64,000 nt of DNA, from positions 37,770,464 through 37,834,463 of the forward strand of contig NC_043011.1 of the NCBI RefSeq assembly GCF_006345805.1, given 5' to 3'. Source of the DNA: Octopus sinensis. Lineage: Eukaryota. Below the pieces are notes generated by a model. The model did not search any database, had not been told where the DNA came from, and worked only from the letters and a program-made list of their open reading frames with translations. The stretch's first letter is position 1. The number at the start of each line of letters is the position of its first letter. Below, in pieces: positions 51,216 through 64,000 of the stretch. Made by a program: the position numbers and the translations under genes.

Positions 51216-52099
51216 AAACGAAAATCATAAAAATAATCCCTGAAATTTTGAGGGAGGGGGCTAAACGATTACGTTGATTACAGTGTCCTTCACCATCATC
51301 ATCATCTCCGTTATCAAAAATATTTTCGTCGTCGTGGTCATTGACATCGTTTTCCTCATCTTCTTCATAATCATTTTTGGTGTGGTTTTTCTTCTTTAGC
51401 AACGTATGCAGCAGTGTATATTTGTTTCTATTTTACAGATTGTAATCTTTGTACTACGGTCTAGTTGGAGAAGCAAATTGAAGCGAAGTGGTCAATAAAA
51501 TGATTTTCAACACATTATAAAGATTATATAATTACATCGCTTTTAAGCAACGGTGACGAAAGGCACCTAACTTATTGCCAATATACTACCGCCCGTCCCA
51601 CCAAAAAAAAAAAAAATACCACACGAAAGTGAGACCGTGGGCTCGATTCCAAACCCGGGCGGTGTTTTCTGTTCTTAGTAACACACTTTCCGATCATTTC
51701 ATATTGTGAATCTGTACAGAAAATGCCGATTTCATGAACGTAGTCAGTTACTATAAAGCAGAAGCATTTGATTCGGATAAGCAAATGATGAGTGAAAACT
51801 ATTCTGCGAAAAGACAAAGAAACGCCTTCCTAGGCCGCAAAGGACTACAATAGTACATGTATGTTTGTTTTGTGTATGTGTATGAGTAAATGTATGCATA
51901 CATACATACATACATATATATATATTATATATATATATAATATATATATATATTATATATATATATATATCACGTGATCACGTGACCGACCAGTCCATCA
52001 GATGTAGTTACACATCGCTGGTCACAATGCGTTCGCCTTGTTTTAGCCTTCGAACAACGCCACCCTGGTGGTTAAGCGAGCAGGCCATATATATAATAT

Positions 52100-52153
<54 letters not shown>

Positions 52154-52206
52154 TATGTGTGTGTGTGTGTGTGTGTATGTGTGTATGCGTGTGTCTATCT
52201 ATATAC

Positions 52207-52239
<33 letters not shown>

Positions 52240-52363
52240 ATATGTATATATGTATGTACATACGCACATATACATACACGATTACAAACTCATTTATAGT
52301 AATACATTTAAAAATGTATCTATGCATAAAGACTATAAATAAAGGCATACATTTATGTATATG

Positions 52364-52420
<57 letters not shown>

Positions 52421-52470
52421 TGTGTGTGTGTGTGTGAGTGTGTGTGTGTGTGTATAGATAGATAGATAGG

Positions 52471-52514
<44 letters not shown>

Positions 52515-53014
52515 TATGGATTGATGGACGGATGGATGGATAGATAGATGGACAGATAGATATCAAATGGGATAGGAGGATATATATAGAGAGATAAATC
52601 TGGAAATATCGTCTCTATATTTGTGAGTGTTTGTGTGTTTGCGCTTAGGAACTGACTGAAGAAACTTTACGTAACTTCACAAAATATTTTTCCATCGTCT
52701 AATTGATTGGCGAAATCAATAAAAAATAGAAAGGAAAATCGCTGAAATACACAATTGGGAAAGTAAATTATGAATAGAAACACCAATAAAAACCCATCAA
52801 AATCCTAAGAAATTATGGGGAGAAACAAGCAAAGAAATCTGAAATTCGTTCGCAGATGGGTGAATAGGTGTATTTTCCCAGATACATTACACCTAGTATG
52901 TGGAAGAAAGATGTCCGACAACGTAAAGTCATCATATCGCTCACACATTCGCTAGTATGCGTCTTGTGTGGTGTATATCTATCTAAATGTATATTTATCT
53001 TTCTATCTATTTAT

Positions 53015-53050
<36 letters not shown>

Positions 53051-53402
53051 ATGTATATATATATGTGTGTGCGTGTATACATATGTATATGTGTGTATTT
53101 ATGTATGTATCTAAATAGGATTCTGTTGATTTCTAGAATATTTGGTTCTGTTGCTCTTATGATCAGACCTTCAGATGACGGCGTTTAACCATAAACTATG
53201 AACGCATTTTTGCGGATGATATAAGTATGTGACTATACTAGAGATTATTTAATACTCAACTCTTATATATATATATATATAATGTGAATATATATATATA
53301 TAATGTCGAAAGACACCCGTTTTTAATGTCCTGTTATTTGTATTTGTATCACCTAACAGTCTGGGTATTTTGTCCCATTTTTGTATTTTTCATATATAAA
53401 AA

Positions 53403-53786
53403 CTAGCAGTATCGCCCGGCGTTGCTCAGGTTTGTAAGGGAAATAACTATAAAGCATTTTTAGAGAGTTATAGCCAAAAAATAGCAAAAAAATGGAAAAA
53501 AAAATCATGGTAAATTTTTTTGAGTGAAAAAAGGTGGAGTTGCGTTCCCTAGACAGTTTGCGGTTTGTGTTTCTGATTCTCGACCCCATGTCGAATTTAT
53601 CGATTTTTTTTCAGAACTGGGGGAACTTTTCAAAATTTTCGCTACGTTAGTTTTGAATTATGACATTGGGCTATGTGTGTGTCAAGTTTCATCAGAATCG
53701 GATGAAAGCCGTGGTCAGAGTGAGGGTACAACCAAACAGACACACAGAAACACACACAGACAAACTGCCGTTTATATATAGAGAGA
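53403..53786 (-). mobile_element. Non-autonomous Helitron (~385 bp)
   Basis: On the minus strand: 5' TC end preceded by A (53787), internal GTCT/GT microsatellite, subterminal imperfect GC hairpin (53415-53430) and 3' CTAG (53403-53406) followed by T. An A|T target without TSD is typical of Helitrons. Confidence 0.8.
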
Positions 53787-53854
53787 TATAGTGGAGTACG
53801 TACGATTTGGTCTCTTATATTTAAGTATATATAACTAAATTTGTAGGACTCTAT

Positions 53855-54289
53855 TATTCTTTGTATTCTTTCATTATATCCTTCTTTCTATCAGCCCCCT
53901 CACACTTAATTCGTTCATTCCAATCTTCGTTCTATTTGTTCCCCCTCTCTCACATTTTCTGGTCTTCTCTTCATGCTCTCTTTCCCTCCTCTTTCACTTC
54001 ACTCTGTCCCTTTCATTTTTGCTCGCTCAACCTTTATTCTTCTAACCGTCTGCCTTACCTCCCTGTCTTCTCTCTTTAGGTGACCGGTGTTCGGCCAAGC
54101 CTGATCTTTCATTTTTGGTTCGACTACCATCAGTATAACATCTATATTCCTCCCTGTACCTCCCAAGTCATATGTCCCTGCCGTAAGGCTTTACTTCCAC
54201 ACACGCCAGTTTAATTTAATTCGACTTAGTCCTGTTAATTGTATCTGTATCACCTGTCTGGATGTTTTGCGTGTTTATCCCATTTTTTT

Positions 54290-54290
<1 letters not shown>
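53855..54290 (+). mobile_element. Second copy of the pyrimidine-rich repeat family (see 15195-15580)
   Basis: Shared ATTCGTTCATTCC, TGTTCGGCCAAG and CTGCCGTAAGGCT motifs. Confidence 0.65.
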
Positions 54291-54321
<31 letters not shown>

Positions 54322-54329
<8 letters not shown>

Positions 54330-54954
54330 AAAGGGCTTAGTAAAATAAATTACTTTGCCACATACTGAACTCATTAGAAATAGCAGCTAAAAACATTTTT
54401 TTAACTATTTCTAATACTTAAAGAAAATCTCTCTCATATAGTGTTTGCTCAAGTCAACTCACGAAGGTATGGGGGTAAAAACATTAAAAAATCACAAATG
54501 CAAAGGTTATTTGAGAACGTACGTTTCTAGATTAGTCAAATCGACATTTCTTTCGTCAGCTCAGAACTCCTTGATTCGGATTTGGGAACACTGAAAGTGG
54601 GAGCATACCCTTTTGGCTTCTTATCACTTCCGGAGATCCGCTCGAACTACCAGTGCTAACAAATTCAAAATATGCAAGCGAAGAATTTCTGCTCTCCCCT
54701 TTCCACCAGCGTGGGTTAAAATTGGTAAACACTATGTTTTATCGGTAAAAACCGAAGCATTAAATAGAGAGAAATGAATTATAATTTCAACAATTGAGGG
54801 TAAAATTAATTAATTATTAATCAATTTCACCAAGTATTCAGTATGTAAAGGGACCATTTAAGGCGAATTCAAATTATTACATTATATAAAAGGGCTTAGT
54901 AAAATAAATTACTTTGCCACATACTGAACTCATTAGAAATAGCAGCTAAAAAAA

Positions 54955-54960
<6 letters not shown>
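54322..54960 (-). mobile_element. Family A hammerhead element, 1.14 monomers with ~75-bp terminal direct repeat, in (TA)n
   Basis: ATTATATAAAAGGGCTTAG...GCAGCTAAAA at 54322 and 54881, a period of 559. Colinear with, but diverged from, the 17-19 kb monomer. Confidence 0.85.
54512..54563 (-). ncRNA. Type I hammerhead ribozyme, family A (CUGACGA variant)
   Basis: Minus strand: TGAG | CTGACGA | AAGAAATGTCGATTTGACTAATCTA | GAAA | C-GTAC-G | T-T | CTCA. Differences from the 18/19-kb copies fall at N7, the stem II loop and the 10.1/11.1 pair. Confidence 0.7.
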
Positions 54961-54987
<27 letters not shown>

Positions 54988-55119
54988 ACGTTAATCCAAA
55001 CATGAAAGCACAAAAAAATACAACACAAGGACGTGGAACAAATATAGTATTATTGGACGCTCATTGGAAATATAGGCGAAGGAAAGATCCAGAGAAGGGA
55101 AGACAGAAGAAAAAAATAG

Positions 55120-55182
55120 ATAGATAGATAGATAGATGGATGGATGGATGGATGGATGGATGGATGGATGGATGGATGGATG

Positions 55183-55241
<59 letters not shown>

Positions 55242-55290
55242 GGATGGATGGATGGATGGATGGATGGATGGATGGATGGATGGATGGATA
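55120..55290. repeat. Alternating (GATA)n/(GGAT)n microsatellite
   Basis: Direct reading. Confidence 0.95.
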
Positions 55291-56289
55291 GATTGCTAGA
55301 TGGATAGATGTATGAATATATATGTATATATATATACACACGCCCTTATTTAAGTTAAGTTTAAAATTAATATTTGTGTGTGTGTGAGCACGTATATAAG
55401 CACACATACATCTTCAATGTAAATGGTTTCCCCATCATTATAATAAGTTATCTGTGGAGACACTAATCACTATTACGATGATGAAATGGATCGAATCATC
55501 GTTAAGAAACAGCAGAAAACGTGACTACAAAATATTAGATTATTTTTCTCTAGACATATTTCTATGATTCTGATGTTTGTTTACATTTGACGTGTCTATA
55601 CACACACAAGCGTGCATGTAAGATTGTACACACGCAAACACACACAGACACACACACACACACACAAAGACGCACACACACGAACATATATATATATTAT
55701 ATATATATATATATATATATGTATGTACAGATGTACAGAGAGAGCAAGACAGATACTTAGATAGATAGATACATAGATATACATATGTTTTTATATATAT
55801 ATATGTACACACACACATACACACATACACACACTCACACATATATCATAACCCAAATAAATAAATGAGCTTGGGCTTGATATATAATATATATATACAC
55901 ACATATACATATAAATAGAGAGAAATACAGATTGAATATATTCGAACATTCATATATGAATGCCTGTGTGTGTGTGCGTGTGTGTGTGTGTGCGTGTGCG
56001 TGTGTGTGTGTGCGTGTGTGTGTGTGTGTGCGTGTGTGTGTGTGTGTGTATTCATATATAAACAGAACATTACACGAAGCAAAAAGATACAAATAATAGG
56101 AGGATAAGGTGTGGTACTACAGGTTGTAGAGCTGTTTCTGTAGGCTCGTAATAACGTTATAACATTGGTAAATTTTGTTCACCTGCCAACATTATCTCCT
56201 CTCCCCATATCTCCCCCACCCTCTCTCCCGCTCCCCTGCCTGTATATGTATATGCATATTTATATGTAAATGTGTATATATATATATAT

Positions 56290-56310
56290 CACAGACTCAT
56301 ACACACATAG

Positions 56311-56364
<54 letters not shown>

Positions 56365-56385
56365 CTATGTGTGTATGAGTCTGTG
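56290..56385. repeat. Perfect 96-bp palindrome: 25-bp inverted arms around an (AT)n core
   Basis: CACAGACTCATACACACATAGGTGC (56290-56314), (AT)n (56315-56360), GCACCTATGTGTGTATGAGTCTGTG (56361-56385). Confidence 0.9.
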
Positions 56386-56449
56386 TGCGCGTGTGTGTAT
56401 ATAGAGAGATAGAAAGAGCGAGAAACAGATTCAGAGAGGCAGATAACCA

Positions 56450-56508
56450 GACAAACAGACAGACAGACAGATAGACAGATAGATAGACAGATAGATAGAT
56501 AGATAGAC

Positions 56509-56573
<65 letters not shown>

Positions 56574-56574
56574 T

Positions 56575-56613
<39 letters not shown>

Positions 56614-56660
56614 TATAGATAAATAGATAGATAGATAGACAGTTAGATAGATAGATAGAC

Positions 56661-56733
<73 letters not shown>
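56450..56733. repeat. (GACA)/(GATA)n microsatellite
   Basis: Direct reading. Confidence 0.95.
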
Positions 56734-56734
<1 letters not shown>

Positions 56735-57388
56735 TAGTAATCTATCTAGGCATGTACATTTCCAGCACTCAATTAATATCCAATGTATGGCTAACCGCAT
56801 TGAGTGTTAAGAAACAAGAAATACAGTATTAATTTAGATAAACAGTCCCAATATATTTCATGCGATGGACAAATCCGGGAACTCCCTTCTTTGGAGTGCA
56901 TATCCAATTCCTATAAATACAGAGATTTATTCATCTTCACATATTTTTATTCTTGACAATCATTCTGCATATCAGTTTAAATATGTACGACGTACGTTTT
57001 TATTGCCCAGGCATTTCGCTTTTGCATTTGCAGTTTCATTCCTTTGGTTTATAAATCTAAACCTCTTTATTCAATGTTCTGCCACTCTCATGATTTGAAG
57101 CGAACTAAGGGTATGTTCATACGTCACTGAGCGTGGTTATTGGCCACTTCATGAAGAACTGCTCGGCGGCGCTCTATTTACAAGGCCGTGAATATGGATA
57201 TTTCGAGTGATGGTTCTTAGTGAAGGAAAATTTCTGCTGACAGAGTATAAATGGTCGAGCTTGGCTGCCGTTTAGCCATTTCAGGCAAGGTCTCACTTTT
57301 TACCGATTCTATAATTTGCAGGGACGTAAACACACAAACACCGCTTGTCATACATACATATATTTCTCTCTCTCACTCTCTCTCGCTT

Positions 57389-57426
<38 letters not shown>

Positions 57427-57589
57427 TCACTGTGCGTGAATCCTTCCATATATACACCCATCAAAATATCTACCTAATACCAGTATGCTAGTTAATTAGC
57501 GGTAAATGTCTGATCGCTATATAAAATAGTAAGAATAAGGAATTTTTGCTACTGAATTGAAAGAAGATTTAGCATCGTATCGCTCTTAA

Positions 57590-57820
57590 GTTTTGGCGCA
57601 AGCCCAGAGAGTTCGATAAGGCGTGTAACTCGATTAGATCGCCACCAGTCCTAGACTGGGACTTATTTTATCTATCCCGGAATGATAAAAGGCAAATTCA
57701 AACTCGGTGACTTTTTTGAATTTAAGGACGGAATAAAGGTCCTTTTGAAAATAAGGACGGAATAAAGTCCGCTAAGCATTCCTTCCCGTACGTTGACGAT
57801 TCTGCCCGCTCAGCAACTTA
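57590..57820 (-). mobile_element. SINE family 2, degenerate
   Basis: TTTTATCTATCCCGGAATGATAAAAGGCAAATTCAAACTCGG...CGCTAAGCATT...GACGATTCTGCC. Confidence 0.65.
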
Positions 57821-58167
57821 GTGTCAAATTGTATTTAGTACTAATCATTATAACCTAAATCTACATAATACCTTAGATTAAAATTCGATGGCGAGTGTCT
57901 TGCTAATTCAAGTAGTCGGATAAAAATGATTGAGTGTTTCTGTGTCAGCGCGTCTAAATACACATATATATATATACAAGCATAAACACACACATACACA
58001 CAAACGTGTATATGTATGAATACAGGAAAACTTATACACGAACATGGATACAAGTACTTACTTATATGCGCAAGTCATGCATATAAATGTATGCGTGAGT
58101 GTGCGTGTGTGTGTATGTGAACGTGTGAAAATATACCTACATATATACATAAACATACGCGCACACA

Positions 58168-58214
<47 letters not shown>

Positions 58215-58247
58215 CGCATGCGTGCGAGCTCGTACTAACAAACACAC

Positions 58248-58286
<39 letters not shown>

Positions 58287-58401
58287 TGCATATATATACA
58301 TATATATAGATATAATATATAAACACACATATATACATATATATAAACATACATATATATGCATATATATACATAACATATATATATACATATATATATA
58401 C

Positions 58402-58476
<75 letters not shown>

Positions 58477-58477
58477 C

Positions 58478-58516
<39 letters not shown>

Positions 58517-59021
58517 TATAGAGTAGAGTCCACAGTGAGCCGTAGATAGGAGAAGTGCAGCCGGAGGGTAAATGTCAAAGGAGAATCGGTAAAGGGTAGA
58601 TAGAAAGTCCAGTGCAGAAGTTCGTGTGTGGTAAGAAATGGCAGGATCAACGTGTGCCACCACGTGAGCGTGTGATATATAGGGAGAGTTTAAGAAAATA
58701 CAAAAGACGAAGACAGGTGGTGTACAAAACAACCATATGTAAGATATATATATATATATATAATATATATATATATATTATATATATATATATACATAAT
58801 ATATATATACATATATATATATACATATATATATATACATATATATATATATGTATATAAAAACGCGTGTGTGTGTAAGCCCAGCTCTCTTTGTGTGTAT
58901 ATATGTATATATATATATACATATAGGCATATATATATATACATATATAGATAGATAGATAGATAGATATGTATATACCTATATGCCTATATGTATATAT
59001 AAGTGTGTGTGTGTTTGTGCG

Positions 59022-59052
<31 letters not shown>

Positions 59053-59419
59053 GTGTATGTATGTATGTATGTATGCATACATGCATGTATGCATGTATGT
59101 ATGTATGTATGTATTTATGTATGTATGTAGAAACGGTCAGATACGCACGTACATAGAACGTCATCTCGTCTTCACCAACGAAAAATTTATGAATAGCACT
59201 TCTAAAAACGTCAGACATATATGACTATATTTTTTGAATTCTTAACAGCCAGATAATTGACATATATCAGATACGGTATACAAGTGCTATTGTTATCTTA
59301 ATTTACACACAATACAGTGATTCTTCATGCTTTGTGTTCAAAATTTTCACCTGAACTATATTTCCTTAATCATGTATATACGTATCGGAAATAAATGTAT
59401 ATGCAGAAAACTACATATA

Positions 59420-59455
59420 TTTATGTATAACAGACAGGAATGTAATAACATATAC

Positions 59456-59509
<54 letters not shown>

Positions 59510-59633
59510 TATGCATTATAATACTTACATATATATATTTATTATATATGAATATATATGCACATATATATAAGCAAATAAATGTATGTATATATATACA
59601 TACATACATATATATATATATAACATATATATT

Positions 59634-59665
<32 letters not shown>

Positions 59666-59785
59666 CATATATATTTATATATATATATACATATATATTA
59701 TATATATATATACATATATTATTATATATATATATATATATAGTATATATATATAGATACATATGTATATATATACATATATATT

Positions 59786-59816
<31 letters not shown>

Positions 59817-59841
59817 CATATGTATATATATACATATATAT

Positions 59842-59873
<32 letters not shown>

Positions 59874-60130
59874 CCATATGTTATATATACATATTATTTA
59901 TATATATATATATATATTATACTATATCTATACATATGTATTATATCCATATATATTTATATATGTATATATATATATATACATATGTATATATATACAT
60001 ATATATAATATAAATATATATATAAGTATATGTATATGTGTGTTTCTATGTATGTATATATGTGTATGTGTATGTCTTAACATATAAATATAAATATTTA
60101 TGTATGTATGTATGTATGTATATATGTGTG
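59420..60130. repeat. Long degenerate (TA)-rich low-complexity tract
   Basis: Direct reading. Confidence 0.95.
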
Positions 60131-60692
60131 TATAAATGTATGCTTAGAGGTTTGTGGATGTGTGCGAAAGAAATTCTCTTTTTACTTTTACAATGAATAA
60201 AATTATATTTCAAAAACTAAAAGAAACATAAATGCCATTTCTACTTCATCAATCATCATTTGTTCTCGTAATGTTAGTCCATCCATTTAAACTAAGACAG
60301 TTGCCTCCCCCTATTTCGTTATGGCTCTCGTATTCTCTCTTTCAATCTCTTCGTCTTTTTGATTTCTCATGTTATATTTATTATGTTTTTACTAGTAAGT
60401 GTGATCAGCTTAATAATTTCGTTTGTAAATTTTTATTCTAGTTAGTGAATTCTTTAAAAGCAGGATATTTCTAACGTTAACATTTAAGTGGTTTAAAAAC
60501 ATTTCGTTATGGCAATCTTAGTATTTTGCAGATATAGTTTTGGAATCCTGCTGACACTATGTTCAATGTTGTCCATTTTTCTGGAGACGGAATTCTTTGG
60601 GCTAAGACTGATGGATACTTAATGGTTGCTATGAATTATTATACCTGTTTCATATGTATATGTGTGTGTCTGTATGCGTGTATGTATGTATA

Positions 60693-60741
<49 letters not shown>

Positions 60742-60764
60742 CAGTGTATCTGTGTATATACACC

Positions 60765-61140
60765 TTTTCTTTGTTTCGGTCATTTGACTGCGGCCATGCT
60801 GAAGCACTGCCTTTAGTCGAACAAATCGACCCCATGACTTCTTTGTAAGCCTAGTACTTATTCTATCGGTCGCTTTTGTCTAACCTCCACATTACGGGCA
60901 TGTAATAACACCAGCATCGGTTGTCAAATGATAGTGGGGAGAAAACACCGTCACGCACACACACACAAACATATATATATATATATATATATACGACGGG
61001 TTATTTCAGTTTCCATCAACCGAATACACTCACAGGGCTTTGGTCTGCTCGAGGCTATAGAAGAGACTGCCGAAGGTGCCACGCAGCGGGACTCAACTCG
61101 GAACTATGTGTTTGGAAAGCAAGCTTTTTACCATACATAG
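60765..61140 (-). mobile_element. SINE family 1
   Basis: Reverse-complement homolog of 4211-4629. Confidence 0.8.
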
Positions 61141-61229
61141 TTAAATAGAACCAGAAGTGTACATATATATATATAGGCACACGCACATACACAAACGCAT
61201 ACACAAACATACGCGCACGCAAGCATATA

Positions 61230-61265
<36 letters not shown>

Positions 61266-61347
61266 TGTATAAGGTGTATGAGATAGGTAGACAGATAGAT
61301 ATCAAGACATGCAGAAAATACATAAATATTATATCTACTCTTATAAT

Positions 61348-61802
61348 TGTTTCAGTTACTTGACTGCGACCACGCTGGAGCACCGCATTTAGTCGTGTAA
61401 ATCGACCCCAGAACTAAATTTTTGTAAGTATGGTACTTATTCTATCGGTCTTGTTTGTACCCCCATCATCGCTTGATGATGGGGGGACAAACAGAGACAC
61501 ACAAATATATACTCACACACATATATATATACATATACATATATACGGCGGACGTCTTTCAGTTTCCGTCTACCACCAAATTCACTCGGTCCGAGGCTAT
61601 AGTAGAAGGCACTTGCCCAGGGTACCACGTAGTGAAACTGAACACGGAACCTTGTGTTTGGTAATAAATCTACTTACCACACAGCCACTCCTTCTTATAT
61701 ATATATATATATATTATATATATTATATATATATATTATATACTCTTTTAATCTTTTACTTCTTTCACTCATTTGACTGCGGCCATGCTGGAGCACCGCC
61801 TT
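61348..61802 (-). mobile_element. SINE family 1 (61348-61695) plus an isolated 3' tail (61755-61802)
   Basis: Tail TTGACTGCG.CCA.GCTGGAGCACCGC occurs twice; the head ends at CTTACCACACAGCCACTCC. Confidence 0.8.
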
Positions 61803-62459
61803 TTATATATATATGAGTGGAAGACATTTGATTGTAATAATTGGGTATATCATATGTTGTCATTTCAACTTATATTGCACACCTTTTTTCTATGTCATCG
61901 CCTCTCGATTTAACACCTTTTAAAGTACATCAGAAGTGATATTTCGATAAGATTCACACAGTTACGCAAATGGAATATTAGTCAAATATAAATTTATTTC
62001 AGTGTTGTTCTTGTTATATCACTTGTAACTTCTCCGTAAACAATAACACCAAAAACGACATCGAAACACCATTTTCTTTGATTTCCCTTGAGAAAGCTAC
62101 ACCAGGTGTAAATCATATCTGTCCAGGTCATAGAGTTCATTTACTGTTGAAATTTTTATATACACTTTAGGCGTTAGTTAACGGGATTTTACTGGTAAAC
62201 GAGGATATCATGCAAATGTGTGAATGGCTGCCATTGTTTCTTAAAAGGAAATGAAAATCAGAAACAGTTATTAACGTATTTAAATGTATGAAAATAGTTT
62301 TCGTGCCAAAATTGGACGCTATCATTAATTTCAAATTCTACCGATATCAATTTTGACTTTCTAAGGTCAATAAAAAAATAACACATACCAGTGAAATAAA
62401 CCGGTGGGTGGTTCGACTAATCTACTTTCCTCAAAAGTTGCCTAATTCATTCATCAGTA

Positions 62460-62479
62460 GCAGCAGTGGCGGCAGCGGC

Positions 62480-62521
<42 letters not shown>

Positions 62522-62617
62522 GTGGTGGTGGTGTGGTGGTGGTGGTGATAGTAGTGGCGATAGTAGTAGTAGTAGTAATAGTAGCAGTAGTAGTAGTAGT
62601 AGTGGCGGTAGTAGTAT

Positions 62618-62651
<34 letters not shown>

Positions 62652-62660
62652 TGTGGTGTA
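62460..62660. repeat. Compound (GTA)/(GTG)n microsatellite
   Basis: Direct reading. Confidence 0.95.
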
Positions 62661-62809
62661 TTTTACTTCTGAGAGTTCTCGATCTCATTTACTCGAGTTA
62701 ATTCAGCAACCACTTACCAAAGGTTTCACAAATTCTCTCAAGTTGTCATTCCTCATATGATAAGAATTGGTTCCTAAATATTAAGTATCGTGGAAGATAC
62801 TTGCCATCC

Positions 62810-63085
62810 AATACCATTCTCCAAATTCTTTGCTATCCCCAGTAGGGTAGTTTTTTTCTTCATTTTTTAAGCATGTTCTACCCTCCTATCTATTCCAATT
62901 TCTCCAACGTACTTCTCCAACTTGGTTGTTAGTGCTCCGAGTACCCCTGCGTCTCCTGGGATAACAGTTGCTCTCTTCATTGCCCACTTTCTTGAAATTT
63001 CATCCTTTAGTAATTTGCATTTTTTCACATTTTCCAGCTCTTTATCGCCTTCTCGTTCATCCTCAGCTATGACAATAATATAATC
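62810..63085 (-). mobile_element. R4/Dong 3' fragment
   Basis: Minus ORF DKELENVKKCKLLKDEISRKWAMKRATVIPG.AGVLGALTTKLEKYV, then KTTLLGIAK. Confidence 0.75.
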
Positions 63086-63112
63086 ATAGCTTCCTTTTAC
63101 TTTATTATTATT

Positions 63113-63280
63113 GCGGCTAGCTGGCAGAATCGTTAGCACGCCGGGCTAGATGCTTAGCAGTATTTCGTCTGCCGTTACGTTCTGAGTTCACATTTCGCCG
63201 AGGTCGACTTTGCCTTTCATCCTTTCGGGATCGATAAATTATGTACCAGCTACGCACTGGGGTTGATCGAATTGACTGGC
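63113..63280 (+). mobile_element. SINE family 2
   Basis: GCTGGCAGAATCGTTAGCACGCCGGG...GAGTTCAC.TTTCGCCGAGGTCGACTTTGCCTTTCATCCTTTCGGGATCGATAAATT. Confidence 0.85.
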
Positions 63281-63409
63281 CAGTGCTGAGAGAAAGCACG
63301 AACAACTTGCTGCAAAGCAGCACTCAACAATCAAAACCTCACAAAAGCAACTCAACAGACAAAAGATACCAAGAAAAACTACTACACTCGCTCGAAGTGA
63401 TTAGACTTT

Positions 63410-64000
63410 GGCATCTGTTTATTTATTACCCATGCGGGCCAACATAGAGGGGATAGCATAACATGACCTGGGTCACATACAATGATATAATAAAATTTTA
63501 CGAGTATAATGAAATCGAATGAGTTACAACAATAAATTACAAACAACAAATTGCAAACAATAATTTACATGATGAGGTGTTCGAAACAGGTATGCTCCGG
63601 CCCCACGAGCCCTGTCTTTAACACCGACTTCCTGTTAGTCCCACAGGCGTGCTCACGCAGGGCCTTTCACTACCAACATGCGTGTTACACACGTCCACCT
63701 CTTTTCCAGCCCCACCTTCCTTTTCAAGTGAAAAGTGAATATTTTCACGAGGGCGAGGCCAGAGATGCAGGTGTGAGTCACGATACCTTTCATTCTCGAC
63801 TTCCATATCACATCTTTCGCTATTGCTACTACCACGAGAAAGCAATTCTTACCTTTTTCCGTCAGGAAATCCGGCGGGTTAATTTTTACAATTGACTCAG
63901 CCGATGCCTGTGCTCTTCTCCCATCTGACAATAGACGTTCCACATAAACCCACACTTCTGAAATACCGGGACGCTGAACAATAGCGTGCAGGAAGGTTTC
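63410..64000 (-). mobile_element. L1/Tx1-clade LINE 3' end (continues beyond the window)
   Basis: CFLVVVAIAKDVIWKSRMKG...LVKIFTFHLKRKV is homologous to the C-terminus of the 10.6-12.4 kb copy; T-rich 3'UTR. Confidence 0.75.

Noticed and set aside
53689-53695. CTGATGA on the minus strand within the Helitron
   Set aside because: No stem II, GAAA or stem III arrangement follows.
57100-57330. Relatively GC-rich unique patch with ATTGG and TATAAA motifs
   Set aside because: Such short motifs are expected by chance and no downstream gene is evident.
62420-62460. CTGATGA...GAAA on the minus strand
   Set aside because: No convincing stem II or III and no NUH-stem I pairing; likely chance.

Overview
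64 kb of AT-rich, microsatellite-saturated eukaryotic DNA. The SINE and LINE families are of the kind seen in octopod cephalopods; an Octopus-like origin is inferred from memory, not from a search. No host protein-coding gene, rRNA, true tRNA gene or CRISPR array can be supported. Most ORF-track entries are microsatellite read-throughs or decayed retroelement frames. The window holds many R4/Dong-type retrotransposon fragments in (AAT)n tracts, L1/Tx1-like and CR1-like LINE remnants, a candidate ORF1-only L1-type element, several tRNA-headed SINE families, a Tc1/mariner relic and a non-autonomous Helitron. The most interesting signal is a set of short non-coding elements carrying type I hammerhead ribozyme motifs, mostly inserted into (TA)n tracts. 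They include a 559-bp monomer present as a ~3.8-mer inverted array (17.1-19.3 kb) and as a terminally redundant 1.14-mer (54.3-55.0 kb), a diverged relative with a canonical GUC hammerhead and 69-nt stem II (19.6-20.3 kb), and an unrelated GUA hammerhead element (29.8-30.1 kb). Three of these loci share a divergent inverted-duplication geometry. This fits a Penelope-like/retrozyme system that may produce small circular RNAs; activity is inferred, not shown. All coordinates were read by eye.
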